Source of the DNA: an uncultured Gammaproteobacteria bacterium
Lineage (GTDB): Bacteria > Patescibacteriota > Microgenomatia > Levybacterales > GWA1-39-11
Length of the DNA stretch: 64,000 bases
Assembly: GCA_964472415.1 (NCBI GenBank)
Contig: CAYYLC010000003.1
Coordinates: forward strand, 96,075-160,074
Reading direction: 5' to 3'
Shown: piece after piece, positions 12,399 through 22,275 of the stretch
Layout of the letters: each line of letters starts with the position of its first letter
Position numbering within the stretch: position 1 is the first letter of the stretch
Position numbers and translations under genes: made by a program
The notes under the pieces: model-generated
Seen by the model: only the letters and a program-made list of their open reading frames with translations
Databases searched by the model: none
Told to the model about the DNA's origin: nothing

Positions 12399-12896
12399 AT
12401 GAAAAAAAATGAACGAGGCTCTACATTAATTGAAGCAGTGGTGGCATTAGGTGCGGTTTTTATGATAGTTGCAGCACTTTCTATAGTGATTGTTAATTCT
12501 ATCAATAATTCCCGCTATGTAAAAGATCAGAACCTTGCAAATAAATATGCGCAACAAGGAATGGAATTTGCGCGGAAACTCGCTTCAGATGATGTAAATT
12601 TGTTTGCTGATTATTCCGGGGTGTATGCATATGATGAGGATTCTTTGTCATTGACTCCAGGCGAGAGCGCTATAGTTAATGTAGGTAATTCTCATATCCG
12701 AAATATAGATTTTAGAAATGATGAAGAACCGTGTATTAATACGAATGATCCAAGTAGTCCAGGATTAGATCTTAAGAAGGTAACTGTTACAGTGTCTTGG
12801 TCCAGCGGGAGGTGCCCCTCTGATGAAAGATTTTGTCATCAGACGATACAGGTCTCCTGCATTCCGTATGAAAAAAATGAGTTATCACAACCATAA
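12399..12896 (+). CDS. Minor pilin (PilV-like)
   Basis: ERG-STLIEAVVAL, AQQGME, KKVTVTVSW. Confidence 0.8.
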   Translation: MKKNERGSTLIEAVVALGAVFMIVAALSIVIVNSINNSRYVKDQNLANKYAQQGMEFARKLASDDVNLFADYSGVYAYDEDSLSLTPGESAIVNVGNSHIRNIDFRNDEEPCINTNDPSSPGLDLKKVTVTVSWSSGRCPSDERFCHQTIQVSCIPYEKNELSQP

Positions 12897-12897
12897 A

Positions 12898-13446
12898 ATG
12901 AGAGATAGTCGTGGATATACTGTCGTGGAGCTTCTTGCGGTAGTAACGATTCTCGTTCTCATAACTGGCGTTGTTGCAGCGCTTATAACTCAGACTTTAC
13001 GTGGGACTAGTAGAACAAAAATAACGAATCAAGTTGCTCAAGCTGGAAGCTATGTTACGAGTGTAATCTCCGCGAGTGTAATCTCCGCAGAGAATATTGT
13101 CTCCATAAATGGACAGGAGATCGTGGATTGTACTGGAAATCCTTCTGGACAATCTATTGAGATCTTTATGTCTGAAGAGCGAGGGGTTATAGAATATGCG
13201 TGCATGGATGACACGATCGCTTCTGGGAGCGTTTCTTTGATAGATACTAATAGTTTGCGTATAGATACGACAAATCAGAACGCCTGTTACTTCCGATGTT
13301 CACAGCCGCCGGATGACCCCTACTCTCCTCCATTTATCGAGTTCGGATTTACTATAACGCAAAAAAATGAGAATGTACTTTTTGAAAACCGAGAATCGGC
13401 ACCATTTCAGACTTCTGCATTGATGCGAAATTATCACCCAAATTAA
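12898..13446 (+). CDS. Minor pilin (PilW-like); start re-called at ATG 12898
   Basis: MRDSRG-YTVVELLAVV prepilin motif. Confidence 0.8.
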   Translation: MRDSRGYTVVELLAVVTILVLITGVVAALITQTLRGTSRTKITNQVAQAGSYVTSVISASVISAENIVSINGQEIVDCTGNPSGQSIEIFMSEERGVIEYACMDDTIASGSVSLIDTNSLRIDTTNQNACYFRCSQPPDDPYSPPFIEFGFTITQKNENVLFENRESAPFQTSALMRNYHPN

Positions 13447-13501
13447 CCTCTATTTTCCTTGACTTTGAATCTCTGAGCACGCTATTATAAAAGTAGTAGT
13501 T

Positions 13502-14338
13502 ATGTATCACAAAAGCTCAGAGCGTGGACAAATTCTCCTTATTGTGGTGATTACTATGATTGTAGCGCTCACTGTTGGGCTTTCAATTGCTGCGCGGACA
13601 GTTACTGAATTACGCCTTTCTCGTCAGAATGAAGAATCACAGCGTGCGTTTAATGCGGCAGAGGCTGGGATAGATAGGGTTTTGCAAGAAGGTGGAGAGA
13701 TTGTTCTCAGTCAGGAGCTTGGAAATAATGCAGATTTTCAAGTAAGCGCAGTTGAATATGCTGGGGCGCAGTTGATGCTTAATAATGGTGATATTGTGGA
13801 TCAAGATGTGGGAGCTGATGTATGGCTTTCAAGTTATCCAGACTATACAGATCAAATTGCAAATGCACAGCTTTCGATTTATTGGGGCGGAGAGGATCAG
13901 GTGAATTGTACGGCTACTTCAGAAGTTCGCCCTGCGCTTGAGGTTGTAGTTCTTCAGGGGAATGTATTAAATCCTACCATTGAGAAATATTTATATGACA
14001 CGTGTCCTACGAATTCGCGAACGCTTGGAACACTTATGGGAAGTAGTTATGATGTCTATACGGTTGCAGGGATTCCTGGACAGACATTTCGAAATCGTAC
14101 CAGTGCACCAATCTCTATAACAAATGGAATTATCATGAAAATTATTCCGCTTTATAACTCGACAAAAATTGCAGTGGTTGCGACGGATTCTTCAGGAACG
14201 CCCTTAGCGCTCCCTTCTCAGGGCTCGGTGATTGAATCTACTGGTACATCTGGTGAAACGATTCGAAAAATTACTTACTATCAATCGTATCCCCAGCTGC
14301 CACTTGAGGTATTCCCATATAGTATTATTTCACAATGA
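13502..14338 (+). CDS. Minor pilin (PilX-like)
   Basis: ERG-QILLIVV lacking Glu5; AFNAAEAGID motif. Confidence 0.8.
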   Translation: MYHKSSERGQILLIVVITMIVALTVGLSIAARTVTELRLSRQNEESQRAFNAAEAGIDRVLQEGGEIVLSQELGNNADFQVSAVEYAGAQLMLNNGDIVDQDVGADVWLSSYPDYTDQIANAQLSIYWGGEDQVNCTATSEVRPALEVVVLQGNVLNPTIEKYLYDTCPTNSRTLGTLMGSSYDVYTVAGIPGQTFRNRTSAPISITNGIIMKIIPLYNSTKIAVVATDSSGTPLALPSQGSVIESTGTSGETIRKITYYQSYPQLPLEVFPYSIISQ

Positions 14339-15366
14339 AAAGTAACTCGTTTGGTTTAGACATAGGAAGCACTACGATAAAAGCGGCGAAATTCCGCAAA
14401 AGCGGAAGTGGAATAGAGATTGAGGCGATCGGTATGGGCTCGTCTCCTGAGAGGGGAATATTGTCTGATTCTCAGGGTGATTTAGACGCACTATCCCGTC
14501 GTATCAAAGAGATTATTACAGAAGCAAAAATTTCCGCATCAGAAGTTTCAGTTTCTCTGCCGGACAATCAAGTTTATACGAAAATCATTGATATGCCACC
14601 GCTTTCCGAGCGAGAACTTTCTGCATCTCTGAAGTATGAAATGGAGCAATATATTCCGCTTCCACTCGAGCAAGTAAGAACAGATTGGCAGATTTTAGGA
14701 ACAAGCACGAAAAATGGTCAGTCTTTGACGAGTGTGTTTCTTGTAGCAGCACCCCTTACTCTTTTAGATAAATACGAAAAAGTAATTGAGCATGCAGGAT
14801 ATTTTGCAGCAGGTATTGAGACAGAGATGATCTCAGTGTATCGAGCGCTCTACCCGCTCTTACATAATCCAGCACCAAGTGTTGTGGTTCATATGGGGGC
14901 TACCACGACGAGCATTTCAGTAATAAAGAATGGGGTGATTCTTATGGTCTTTACTATTGATCAGGGAGGACTTTCTATAACTCGCGCAATTTCCTCAGAT
15001 TTAGGGATTGATATCACTCAAGCAGAGTCATTTAAGAAAGTATATGGGCTCAATAAGGAAACGTTTGAAGGGAAGATTGGGAAGTCCCTTTTCCCGATTC
15101 TGGATTCTATTATGGGAGATGTTCGAAAGGCGATGTTGATGTATCGTGAGAAATCAAATAACGAAGAAATCAATCAAATCGTTTTATCCGGTGGTACTGC
15201 ACAGCTTCCGGGAATTGATGTGTATTTTACGAATCAGTTAAGTATCCAGGTGGTTTTGGGAAATGCGTTCCAAATTTATAATATAGGAAAAGTTCCTGAT
15301 GAGTTACTTCGTGAAGCACCATCCTTTAATACTGTTGTTGGACTTGGGATAAAAGAGCTTGTATGA
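14335..15366 (+). CDS. pilM: Type IV pilus assembly protein PilM
   Basis: GLDIGSTTIK actin-fold motif, EMEQYIPLP, LSGGTAQL. Confidence 0.92.
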   Translation: MKSNSFGLDIGSTTIKAAKFRKSGSGIEIEAIGMGSSPERGILSDSQGDLDALSRRIKEIITEAKISASEVSVSLPDNQVYTKIIDMPPLSERELSASLKYEMEQYIPLPLEQVRTDWQILGTSTKNGQSLTSVFLVAAPLTLLDKYEKVIEHAGYFAAGIETEMISVYRALYPLLHNPAPSVVVHMGATTTSISVIKNGVILMVFTIDQGGLSITRAISSDLGIDITQAESFKKVYGLNKETFEGKIGKSLFPILDSIMGDVRKAMLMYREKSNNEEINQIVLSGGTAQLPGIDVYFTNQLSIQVVLGNAFQIYNIGKVPDELLREAPSFNTVVGLGIKELV

Positions 15367-15902
15367 AAAATTCCATAAATCTTGTTTCAAAACGGCAGGC
15401 GCCGAACCGTTTTCATAAGCGATTTTTTATAGCTGGATTGAGTTTTTTTTCTGTAACCTTTCTTCTTTCAGTAGGAGTTATTGGATATCAATTTCTGCTT
15501 TCAGAACAACTTGCCACGCTTAAGTCTGAAGAATCCGTACTGATTTCCCAAGTAAATAGTGATCCGGAGAAGAAAATAAAGTTTTTGACAATTCGTGAGC
15601 GACTAACTGAGATACAAAAAGTTATAGCGCGTCGCCAAGATGTCAATTCGCGGATCAATGCGATATCAGAAGTGGTTCCTGGAGATATTGGAATTAATGT
15701 TATAGAGGGTGATGAAGAGGAGATGCGGGTGCGAGTAGCTGCTGATAATCTGTCTTCTTTGAATAACTTGATTGAGGAACGGATTGAAGAGTTTGCGTTG
15801 GAGCAAGGAAAAACAGTTAAAAGGATTGAGATGACAAGTTTTGGCCTTAACTCTAACTCACTCCTGTACGAGGCGACATTTGTGATAGAGTTTAATTCAT
15901 AA
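15363..15902 (+). CDS. PilN-like pilus alignment protein
   Basis: N-terminal INLV motif then one TM helix; directly after pilM. Confidence 0.7.
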   Translation: MKNSINLVSKRQAPNRFHKRFFIAGLSFFSVTFLLSVGVIGYQFLLSEQLATLKSEESVLISQVNSDPEKKIKFLTIRERLTEIQKVIARRQDVNSRINAISEVVPGDIGINVIEGDEEEMRVRVAADNLSSLNNLIEERIEEFALEQGKTVKRIEMTSFGLNSNSLLYEATFVIEFNS

Positions 15903-16555
15903 TGGATAGACAAATACGAAAATATTATCGACGACATAAAAAAGATTTGGCTTCATTGGCACTTGTTTTTGCTGGAATTATCATGTTTTTCTGGATTATT
16001 TTGCCACAAATTGGAGAGGTTTCTGATACAAGATCAAATATTAGTACGCAAGAACAAACAAATGCTGACCTGTATGAATCTAGTCAAACGCTTACTGCGC
16101 TTAACCCCCAACAATTAGATGTTGATTTCGAGCTTGTAATGGGAATTCTTCCAGCACAGAAAAGTGTCGGGAGGATATTTGAAGCATTAACACTCGCCTC
16201 AGGAAGATCTAATGTAGAGATTGGAAGCCTTAACGTGCAAGTTGGAAACGTCTATTCTACTGATCAATCAGTAGTTCAACGTGGAGCAGTTGATGGTGTA
16301 CCACTCCTTAATATGTTGGTACGGGTTACCGGTTCAGGCACGCAAGATTTAACGGAGTTTGCTAACATGCTTTATGAGACAGGGCCAATTGTTGGAATAA
16401 ATTCAGTGGGAATCTCAGGAAGCGAAGGTAGGTATGATTTAGATTTTTATTTTAAACCGATAAATGAAAAAGCATTTGAAGCACAGACAATTGTTACTCC
16501 TTTGACTTCTCAGCAGCGCGAGCTTCTGACAACACTTGATTCGTGGATTCGCTAA
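15902..16555 (+). CDS. PilO-like pilus alignment protein
   Basis: One TM helix, coiled coil and LP motif; directly after the pilN-like gene. Confidence 0.65.
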   Translation: MDRQIRKYYRRHKKDLASLALVFAGIIMFFWIILPQIGEVSDTRSNISTQEQTNADLYESSQTLTALNPQQLDVDFELVMGILPAQKSVGRIFEALTLASGRSNVEIGSLNVQVGNVYSTDQSVVQRGAVDGVPLLNMLVRVTGSGTQDLTEFANMLYETGPIVGINSVGISGSEGRYDLDFYFKPINEKAFEAQTIVTPLTSQQRELLTTLDSWIR

Positions 16556-17228
16556 TATCAGGGCGTATAATTTTAGTGAGTTGAAGCGCTTGTTTTTCAC
16601 GAAATTCTTTTACATTTGCATCGTGCCCACTGAGAAGTACTTCAGGAACCCGCTTTTCATCATATACTTCAGGACGTGTATATTGGGCGTGTTCTAGAAT
16701 TCTTCCATGAGAGGATTGAGAGAACGATTCATATTCTGTTGCATGTTCTTTTTTTAGAACATGAGGAATAAGTCTTGTTACGGAATCAACTACGCTCATT
16801 GCAGGGATTTCTCCCCCTGTTAGGATGTAATCTCCTATAGAAATTGAAAAATCTACGTAGTTTTTTATTCGCTCATCAAAGCCTTCATATCGTCCACAGA
16901 CTAAAATTAAATGGTCGAGTTTTGAAAAACTTTCTGCGATAGATTGGGAGTATGGCTCTCCTTTCGCATCAAATATTGCAACTTTCTCATTTCCTTTATG
17001 AAGCTTCGTAGACTTTATTGCGTTATGAAGAACATCTACCCTTAGTACCATCCCTACTCCTCCGCCGTATGGCTTGTCATCCACTATTTGGTGTGGGCCT
17101 ATTCCAAATTTCCTGAGATTAATAAATTCTATCTGAATCCTGTTTTCTTTTAGTGCACGGGAGAGAATTGAATGATTAAATACACCGTCGAACATTTCGG
17201 GAAACAACGTGATAATGGAGAAGCGCAT
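16494..17228 (-). CDS. trmD: tRNA (guanine37-N1)-methyltransferase
   Basis: TLFPEMF, DDKPYGGGVGMV, CGRYEGFDER, SIGDYILTGGE, QYTRP. Confidence 0.96.
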   Translation of the reverse strand: MRFSIITLFPEMFDGVFNHSILSRALKENRIQIEFINLRKFGIGPHQIVDDKPYGGGVGMVLRVDVLHNAIKSTKLHKGNEKVAIFDAKGEPYSQSIAESFSKLDHLILVCGRYEGFDERIKNYVDFSISIGDYILTGGEIPAMSVVDSVTRLIPHVLKKEHATEYESFSQSSHGRILEHAQYTRPEVYDEKRVPEVLLSGHDANVKEFREKQALQLTKIIRPDISESTNQVLSEARAAEKSKE

Positions 17229-17236
17229 GGAGAAGT

Positions 17237-17467
17237 TTATTTCTCTTTAATTTCTAAATCGACGAATACATTTTCTTTCATTGCTTTTACTTTAAGAAGC
17301 TGCTTCATGGCATTGATTACTTTTCCTTCTTTTCCGATAATTCTCCCGATTTCACTTTGGGGTGCAAAAATCGTAAATACTGTAGCGTCGTTTTCTTCAC
17401 GCGATTCAACAGTTATTTCACTTTCTGGAAATAAGGAATCAAGAATGTGTTTAAGCAGTTGTTCCAT
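17237..17467 (-). CDS. khpA: KH-domain RNA-binding protein
   Basis: IGRIIGKEGKVINAM; canonical rpsP-khpA-trmD context. Confidence 0.88.
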   Translation of the reverse strand: MEQLLKHILDSLFPESEITVESREENDATVFTIFAPQSEIGRIIGKEGKVINAMKQLLKVKAMKENVFVDLEIKEK

Positions 17468-17714
17468 TTTGTTTTGCGTATTTATTATTATAGAGCTTAT
17501 TGTCTACGCTTGGAGTAACTTTTGCACCTTTTGAAATCCAGTAATCGACTTTTTTCTGGTCTACCTCTTTTATCACATTGTTTACGGTTTTTTCGTAGTA
17601 TCCGAGGATGTCAACAGGCTTACCGTCCCGTCTGCTTCTTTTCTCACGAACAACCAAGCGATATTTTCGCTCACCCTTTCGACCAACTTGTGCAAATCTA
17701 ATTACTAATGACAT
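17451..17714 (-). CDS. rpsP: 30S ribosomal protein S16
   Basis: IRFAQVGRK...YRLVV...RRDGK...LGYY...YWISKGA. Confidence 0.94.
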   Translation of the reverse strand: MSLVIRFAQVGRKGERKYRLVVREKRSRRDGKPVDILGYYEKTVNNVIKEVDQKKVDYWISKGAKVTPSVDNKLYNNKYAKQNGTTA

Positions 17715-17769
17715 AAGGCTGATAGTTTATCATGTTTAAGATTGTTTTTCAATTCAAACATCTGCGAAA

Positions 17770-18429
17770 CTACTTCAAAATTTGAAGTGCATTCTGTGCT
17801 GACTTCTTTTCTGCTTCTTGCTTCGATTTCCCCATTCCCTGCGAAAGAAGTTTATCTTCAAGATATACGCCTACGGTATATGTTTTATCATGATCTGGTC
17901 CTTCTTCCTTGAGTACTTCATATTGGGGGGAGACTTTGTACTTTTCTTGGAGAATTTCTTGGAGGTGACTCTTTGGATCCTTGAGCCCTTTTACTTGAAT
18001 AATTTCATCGATTGCCATGAGAATCGTTTCAGTGACAAATTTTTCTGCCACTTCAATTCCTTGATCAAGATACAGTGCGCCGAGAACCGCTTCATAGGTG
18101 TTGGCAAGAATGGTTTTACTTTCTCGACCGCCACTTTCTTCCTCTCCGTGGGATAGTTTGAGTTGTTCTCCAAGGCCCAGTCGCTTTGATACCTCGTAAA
18201 GTGTTTCAGTGTTTGTAAGCACTGAGCGAAGGCTCGTAAGTTCTCCTTCTTTGCGATCTGCATATTTGTTGTAGATGTATGAGGAGACGATATATGACAG
18301 GACGCTATCACCTAAAAATTCTAGCCGTTCGTTTGATTCTGTTGTTTTATTTGATTCGTTTAGGTATGACCTGTGGGTAAATGCAAGTTCAAATAAGTCG
18401 TTATTTCTAAATTTTGGTACGTTAATCAT
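17770..18429 (-). CDS. rnc: Ribonuclease III
   Basis: AFTHRS, NERLEFLGDSVL, dsRBD DPKSHLQE...G.GKSKQEAE. Confidence 0.96.
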   Translation of the reverse strand: MINVPKFRNNDLFELAFTHRSYLNESNKTTESNERLEFLGDSVLSYIVSSYIYNKYADRKEGELTSLRSVLTNTETLYEVSKRLGLGEQLKLSHGEEESGGRESKTILANTYEAVLGALYLDQGIEVAEKFVTETILMAIDEIIQVKGLKDPKSHLQEILQEKYKVSPQYEVLKEEGPDHDKTYTVGVYLEDKLLSQGMGKSKQEAEKKSAQNALQILK

Positions 18430-18778
18430 CTTTTTTTATAAGCTTTCCGAGTGCTCCGTTTACAAATCCAGGGGAAGACTCTCCGCCATATTCTTTTGCC
18501 AACTCTATTGCCTCATCTATTATAACTTTTGGTGGCTCCTTTTTTTCAAACTCTATTTCATAGACTCCTAAGCGAAGCACTGCTAGGTCGATTTTATTGA
18601 TTTTATCAACAGGAAATTCGGGTGCAATTTTTTGGATTCTTGTATCAATTTCAGAAAGTTTTTCTAGGATCGCTTTTACCTTGGGACTATTTGCCTTTTG
18701 TGATAAAAAACTTTGAGAGAAAAGATTTTCGACTGCTTCTTGACGTACTTTATGTCGTGGATCGCTTGCTGTCTTCAT
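18422..18778 (-). CDS. nusB: Transcription antitermination factor NusB
   Basis: IDLAVLRLGVYEI, PKVIIDEAIELAKEYG, FVNGALG. Confidence 0.93.
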   Translation of the reverse strand: MKTASDPRHKVRQEAVENLFSQSFLSQKANSPKVKAILEKLSEIDTRIQKIAPEFPVDKINKIDLAVLRLGVYEIEFEKKEPPKVIIDEAIELAKEYGGESSPGFVNGALGKLIKKDD

Positions 18779-18782
18779 GCAC

Positions 18783-18908
18783 TTAGACTAGTTTTCGCTT
18801 TTTTGCATTTGATAGCTTATGGGCAAGATCAACTAAGCTCAATTTAATGCTTGAGCGTCGTTTCCCGCGCCGTGCGGATGAATGGCGTCGTTTTGGTTCT
18901 TGTGGCAT
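18783..18908 (-). CDS. rpmF: 50S ribosomal protein L32, short Cys-free form (41 aa)
   Basis: Manual translation MPQEPKRRHSSARRGKRRSSIKLSLVDLAHKLSNAKKRKLV; GAGGAGG RBS; PKRRHS..R..KRR signature. Confidence 0.85.
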   Translation of the reverse strand: MPQEPKRRHSSARRGKRRSSIKLSLVDLAHKLSNAKKRKLV

Positions 18909-18922
18909 AACATCTACCTCCT

Positions 18923-20935
18923 CTAATCAGGTGATACTTTTTGTATTATAGTAGATTCTACCTCTTCACGCAATAGTTTGTACTCATCAAGTTCCTTTAT
19001 GAGTTTTTCTGCATCCTGTTTTACGAGATTTATCAGATCTTTATCAAATATTGACGCGAATTTGAACTCTACTCTTCCGTGTTGTGCAGTCCCATAGATA
19101 TTTCCCGGACCTCTGAGTTGCAAGTCTATTTCGGAAAGTTCAGGACCAGAAAAAATCTTTTCAAGCGATTTGAGTCTCATCTGTGCGGGAGGATTCATGT
19201 TATCTGAAAAAAGCAGACAGAACGATTCTCTTTCTCCTCGCCCTACACGCCCACGCATTTGGTGAAGCTGCGAGAGTCCGAATCTGTCTGCACCCTCTAT
19301 TACCATGATTGTCGCATTTGGAATATCAATTCCTACTTCTACCACGGGAGTAGTGACGAGAATATCAAATTTTTTATCCTTAAATTCTTCTAGTACGGTG
19401 TTTTTTTCGCTAGTCTTCATTTTTCCGTGAAGAAGTCCAAGCCTATATCTTTTGAATGGGCCGTTTTTCAGTCTATTAAATTCTTCGGTGGCGGCTTTTA
19501 TCGTGGTCATATTTTCAGACACATCGATAAATGGACAGACGATAAACACCTGATCTCCAGTTGTAATTTTCTCTTTTATCCATTCATAGCTACTTTTTCG
19601 TTTCTCATCAGGGACGAGCCATGTTTTGATAGTTTTACGGCCTTTGGGCATTTCATCCAGGAGTGATACATCCAAATCTCCATACGCTGTCAAAAGAATT
19701 GTTCGTGGAATAGGGGTCGCGGTCATAGAGAGCACGTGGGGAGACTTCCCTTTCTCGCGTAAAATAGCACGCTGCTCGACTCCAAATCTTTGCTGCTCAT
19801 CAATAATTACTAATCCCAAATTTTTAAAATCTACTTTTTTATGGATGAGTGCGTGAGTTCCTATGGCGATATCAAATTCATTGTGTTTTTTTGTGCTGGA
19901 TGTAAAAAGTTCTACGCGAATTCCCAGTGGCGAAAGAAGTTTTCCAATTGTTTTGTAATGTTGTTCAGCAAGAATTCCTGTAGGTGCCATGAACGCGGTT
20001 TGAAATCCATTGAGGTATGTGAGATATGCAGAGATCGCTGCAACGATGGTTTTCCCTGAGCCTACATCTCCTTCGAGCAATCTATTCATGGGCTTATTTT
20101 TTTGCAGATCGAGAAAGATGTTATTTATTGCTGATCTCTGTGCATTTGTCAGATCAAACGGAAGAGATTTTATAAGTTCATCAATTTTTGATTGATGTTT
20201 TTTAACCGTGAATTTATTTGCGGTGAGCGTCTTGTTCCAGTTCTCTTTTATTTTGAGACTGGAGAGGTGCTTGATGAGAATTTCTTCATAGGAAAGTCTT
20301 AATTTTGCTTTCTGAACGTCCTCTATTTTTTTTGGAAAGTGAATTGTTCGGACTGCATGTTCCATGGATAGTAGGTTGTGTTTTTTTAAAAATTCTTCAG
20401 GAATTACGTCTGTAAATTCTATGCTCGTGCCGAGCTGTTCAAAGACCCTATTTCGAATCCATTTAGAGGAAAGGCCTCGCGTTTCGCTATAAACAGGAAC
20501 AATATTCGTGATATGGATAGGATTTTTATTTTCCTTCACGAGTTCGTATTCTTTTACTGAGATTGATTTTTTGTGTCCGAATTGTTTTACTTTTCCCGCA
20601 ATACGGAGAGTAGTTCCTTCGTTGATTACACGGGTGAGATATGTTTGGTTAAACCAAACGCACTCTATTTCTCCTGTTTCATCCCAGATGACTGCTTTTT
20701 GGATGGTGAATTTATTGCGAGTATACTGATTTTCCATTTTTGCGACTTTTCCTTGGATAACAGCATCTTGTTCATGATGGACTTCGCGGATGGGTTTGGG
20801 ATCGGGGTATCTTTCGTATCGCGTTGGTGGATAGTAAAACAAATCCTTAAGAGTTTGTATTCCGAGTTTTTCGAGCGGTTTTTTCTTTGCTTTATAGACA
20901 AAGCCTAAGAGTCCTACCGAAGTTGAAAGTTGCAT
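18923..20935 (-). CDS. recG: ATP-dependent DNA helicase RecG
   Basis: GDVGSGKT, DEQQRFGV, MTATPIPRT, QLHQMRGRVGRG. Confidence 0.96.
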   Translation of the reverse strand: MQLSTSVGLLGFVYKAKKKPLEKLGIQTLKDLFYYPPTRYERYPDPKPIREVHHEQDAVIQGKVAKMENQYTRNKFTIQKAVIWDETGEIECVWFNQTYLTRVINEGTTLRIAGKVKQFGHKKSISVKEYELVKENKNPIHITNIVPVYSETRGLSSKWIRNRVFEQLGTSIEFTDVIPEEFLKKHNLLSMEHAVRTIHFPKKIEDVQKAKLRLSYEEILIKHLSSLKIKENWNKTLTANKFTVKKHQSKIDELIKSLPFDLTNAQRSAINNIFLDLQKNKPMNRLLEGDVGSGKTIVAAISAYLTYLNGFQTAFMAPTGILAEQHYKTIGKLLSPLGIRVELFTSSTKKHNEFDIAIGTHALIHKKVDFKNLGLVIIDEQQRFGVEQRAILREKGKSPHVLSMTATPIPRTILLTAYGDLDVSLLDEMPKGRKTIKTWLVPDEKRKSSYEWIKEKITTGDQVFIVCPFIDVSENMTTIKAATEEFNRLKNGPFKRYRLGLLHGKMKTSEKNTVLEEFKDKKFDILVTTPVVEVGIDIPNATIMVIEGADRFGLSQLHQMRGRVGRGERESFCLLFSDNMNPPAQMRLKSLEKIFSGPELSEIDLQLRGPGNIYGTAQHGRVEFKFASIFDKDLINLVKQDAEKLIKELDEYKLLREEVESTIIQKVSPD

Positions 20936-20938
20936 TGA

Positions 20939-21052
20939 TTAGTACAGTCCTGCGCCGGGAAGGAATGGTAATATGAGTGATGCTATCATTGCAAGAATGA
21001 GAATTATTGCAAAGATTTTCCAAAACCACTTATTTTTCCTGATAAAATTCAT
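20939..21052 (-). CDS. Small single-TM protein (37 aa)
   Basis: Manual translation MNFIRKNKWFWKIFAIILILAMIASLILPFLPGAGLY; fills the tyrS-recG gap tightly. Confidence 0.6.
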   Translation of the reverse strand: MNFIRKNKWFWKIFAIILILAMIASLILPFLPGAGLY

Positions 21053-21054
21053 AG

Positions 21055-22215
21055 TTATTTTATAATTACTTCTCGATAATTTCGCTTTCCGATTTTTAGG
21101 ATACCATTTCTAGAAATATTTGTCGAAAGCTCAGCTTTATCATCGTTAAATGTTACTCCACCCTGCTCTATCAGTCTTTTTCCTTCAGATTTACTTTCTG
21201 TTAGATTATTTCTTATCAAGAAATCAAGTATTGAGATTCCAGACTGAGTTTCAATTCTTTCTATATTTTCTGGTATTTCTTTGTTCTGAACTGTTTTTTC
21301 GAAATGCTCGTGTGCTTCTTTTGCCGCTCTTTCGTCATATAGTTCTGAAACTATTGTGTATGCTAATTTTTTCTTTAATTCCATGGGGCTTGCCTGAAGT
21401 TCAGATTCGTACGATTTAATTTCTTCCGTTGAGATATCTGTTGCGAGAGTAAAATATTGGATAATTACATCATCGGTTATAGACATAAGCTTCCCGAACA
21501 TATCAGATGCAGTATCTGTCAGCCAGATTGCATTCCCCCAGGTTTTGCTCATTTTGCGCCCGTCAGTACCCGAGAGAAATTCCATAGTTATGATAAAGCT
21601 TTCCTTTTTATCTTTCAAGAGAGATCTTCCTGCTTGCATGTTAAATGTTTGGTCAGTGCCACCGATTTGCAAATCGGTATCCAAAGTATAGCTATCATAG
21701 CCTTGCATAATAGGATATATAGTTTCAAGGAGTCCTACGCTTTTTCCATCAGTTAAACGTTTTTTTATAAGTTCTCTAGAAATAAAATCATTCAGGGAAA
21801 ACTTTCCTACAAGCTTTATTACATCTTCGAATGAAAGTTTTGATAGCCATTCGCTGTTAAATTTAATCGTGATTTTTTCAAAATCTATAATCTTGCTTGC
21901 TTGTTCTCTATATGTTTTGAGGTTTTCTTGAATTTGGGTATTTGTAAGCTGGGGGCGCTCGGATTCTTTGTCAGACGTGTCTCCGATTCGAGCAGTAAAA
22001 TCACCCACAAGGAAGGTAACATTGTGACCAAGCTGAGCAAATTTTTGTAGTTTGCGAAGTAAAACCGCATGCCCAAGGTGAATATTGGTGGCAGTAGGAT
22101 CTATGCCCAAATAAATATTGAGCTTTTCTCCTGAGTTTAATTTCTTCTCAAGTATTTCTCGGTTTGGTATAATATTTGCCACACCTCTTGTGAGCAAGTC
22201 TTGCATTTCGTGCAT
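21055..22215 (-). CDS. tyrS: Tyrosine--tRNA ligase (start re-called to ATG 22215 or 22206)
   Basis: GIDPTATNIHLGH, GGTDQTFN, KMSKT, C-terminal S4-like domain. Confidence 0.95.
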   Translation of the reverse strand: MHEMQDLLTRGVANIIPNREILEKKLNSGEKLNIYLGIDPTATNIHLGHAVLLRKLQKFAQLGHNVTFLVGDFTARIGDTSDKESERPQLTNTQIQENLKTYREQASKIIDFEKITIKFNSEWLSKLSFEDVIKLVGKFSLNDFISRELIKKRLTDGKSVGLLETIYPIMQGYDSYTLDTDLQIGGTDQTFNMQAGRSLLKDKKESFIITMEFLSGTDGRKMSKTWGNAIWLTDTASDMFGKLMSITDDVIIQYFTLATDISTEEIKSYESELQASPMELKKKLAYTIVSELYDERAAKEAHEHFEKTVQNKEIPENIERIETQSGISILDFLIRNNLTESKSEGKRLIEQGGVTFNDDKAELSTNISRNGILKIGKRNYREVIIK

Positions 22216-22275
22216 GTGCTTAATTATACTTATTTGCAACCATTTTTTGCAACGATTCCATTTTCTTAATACGTT

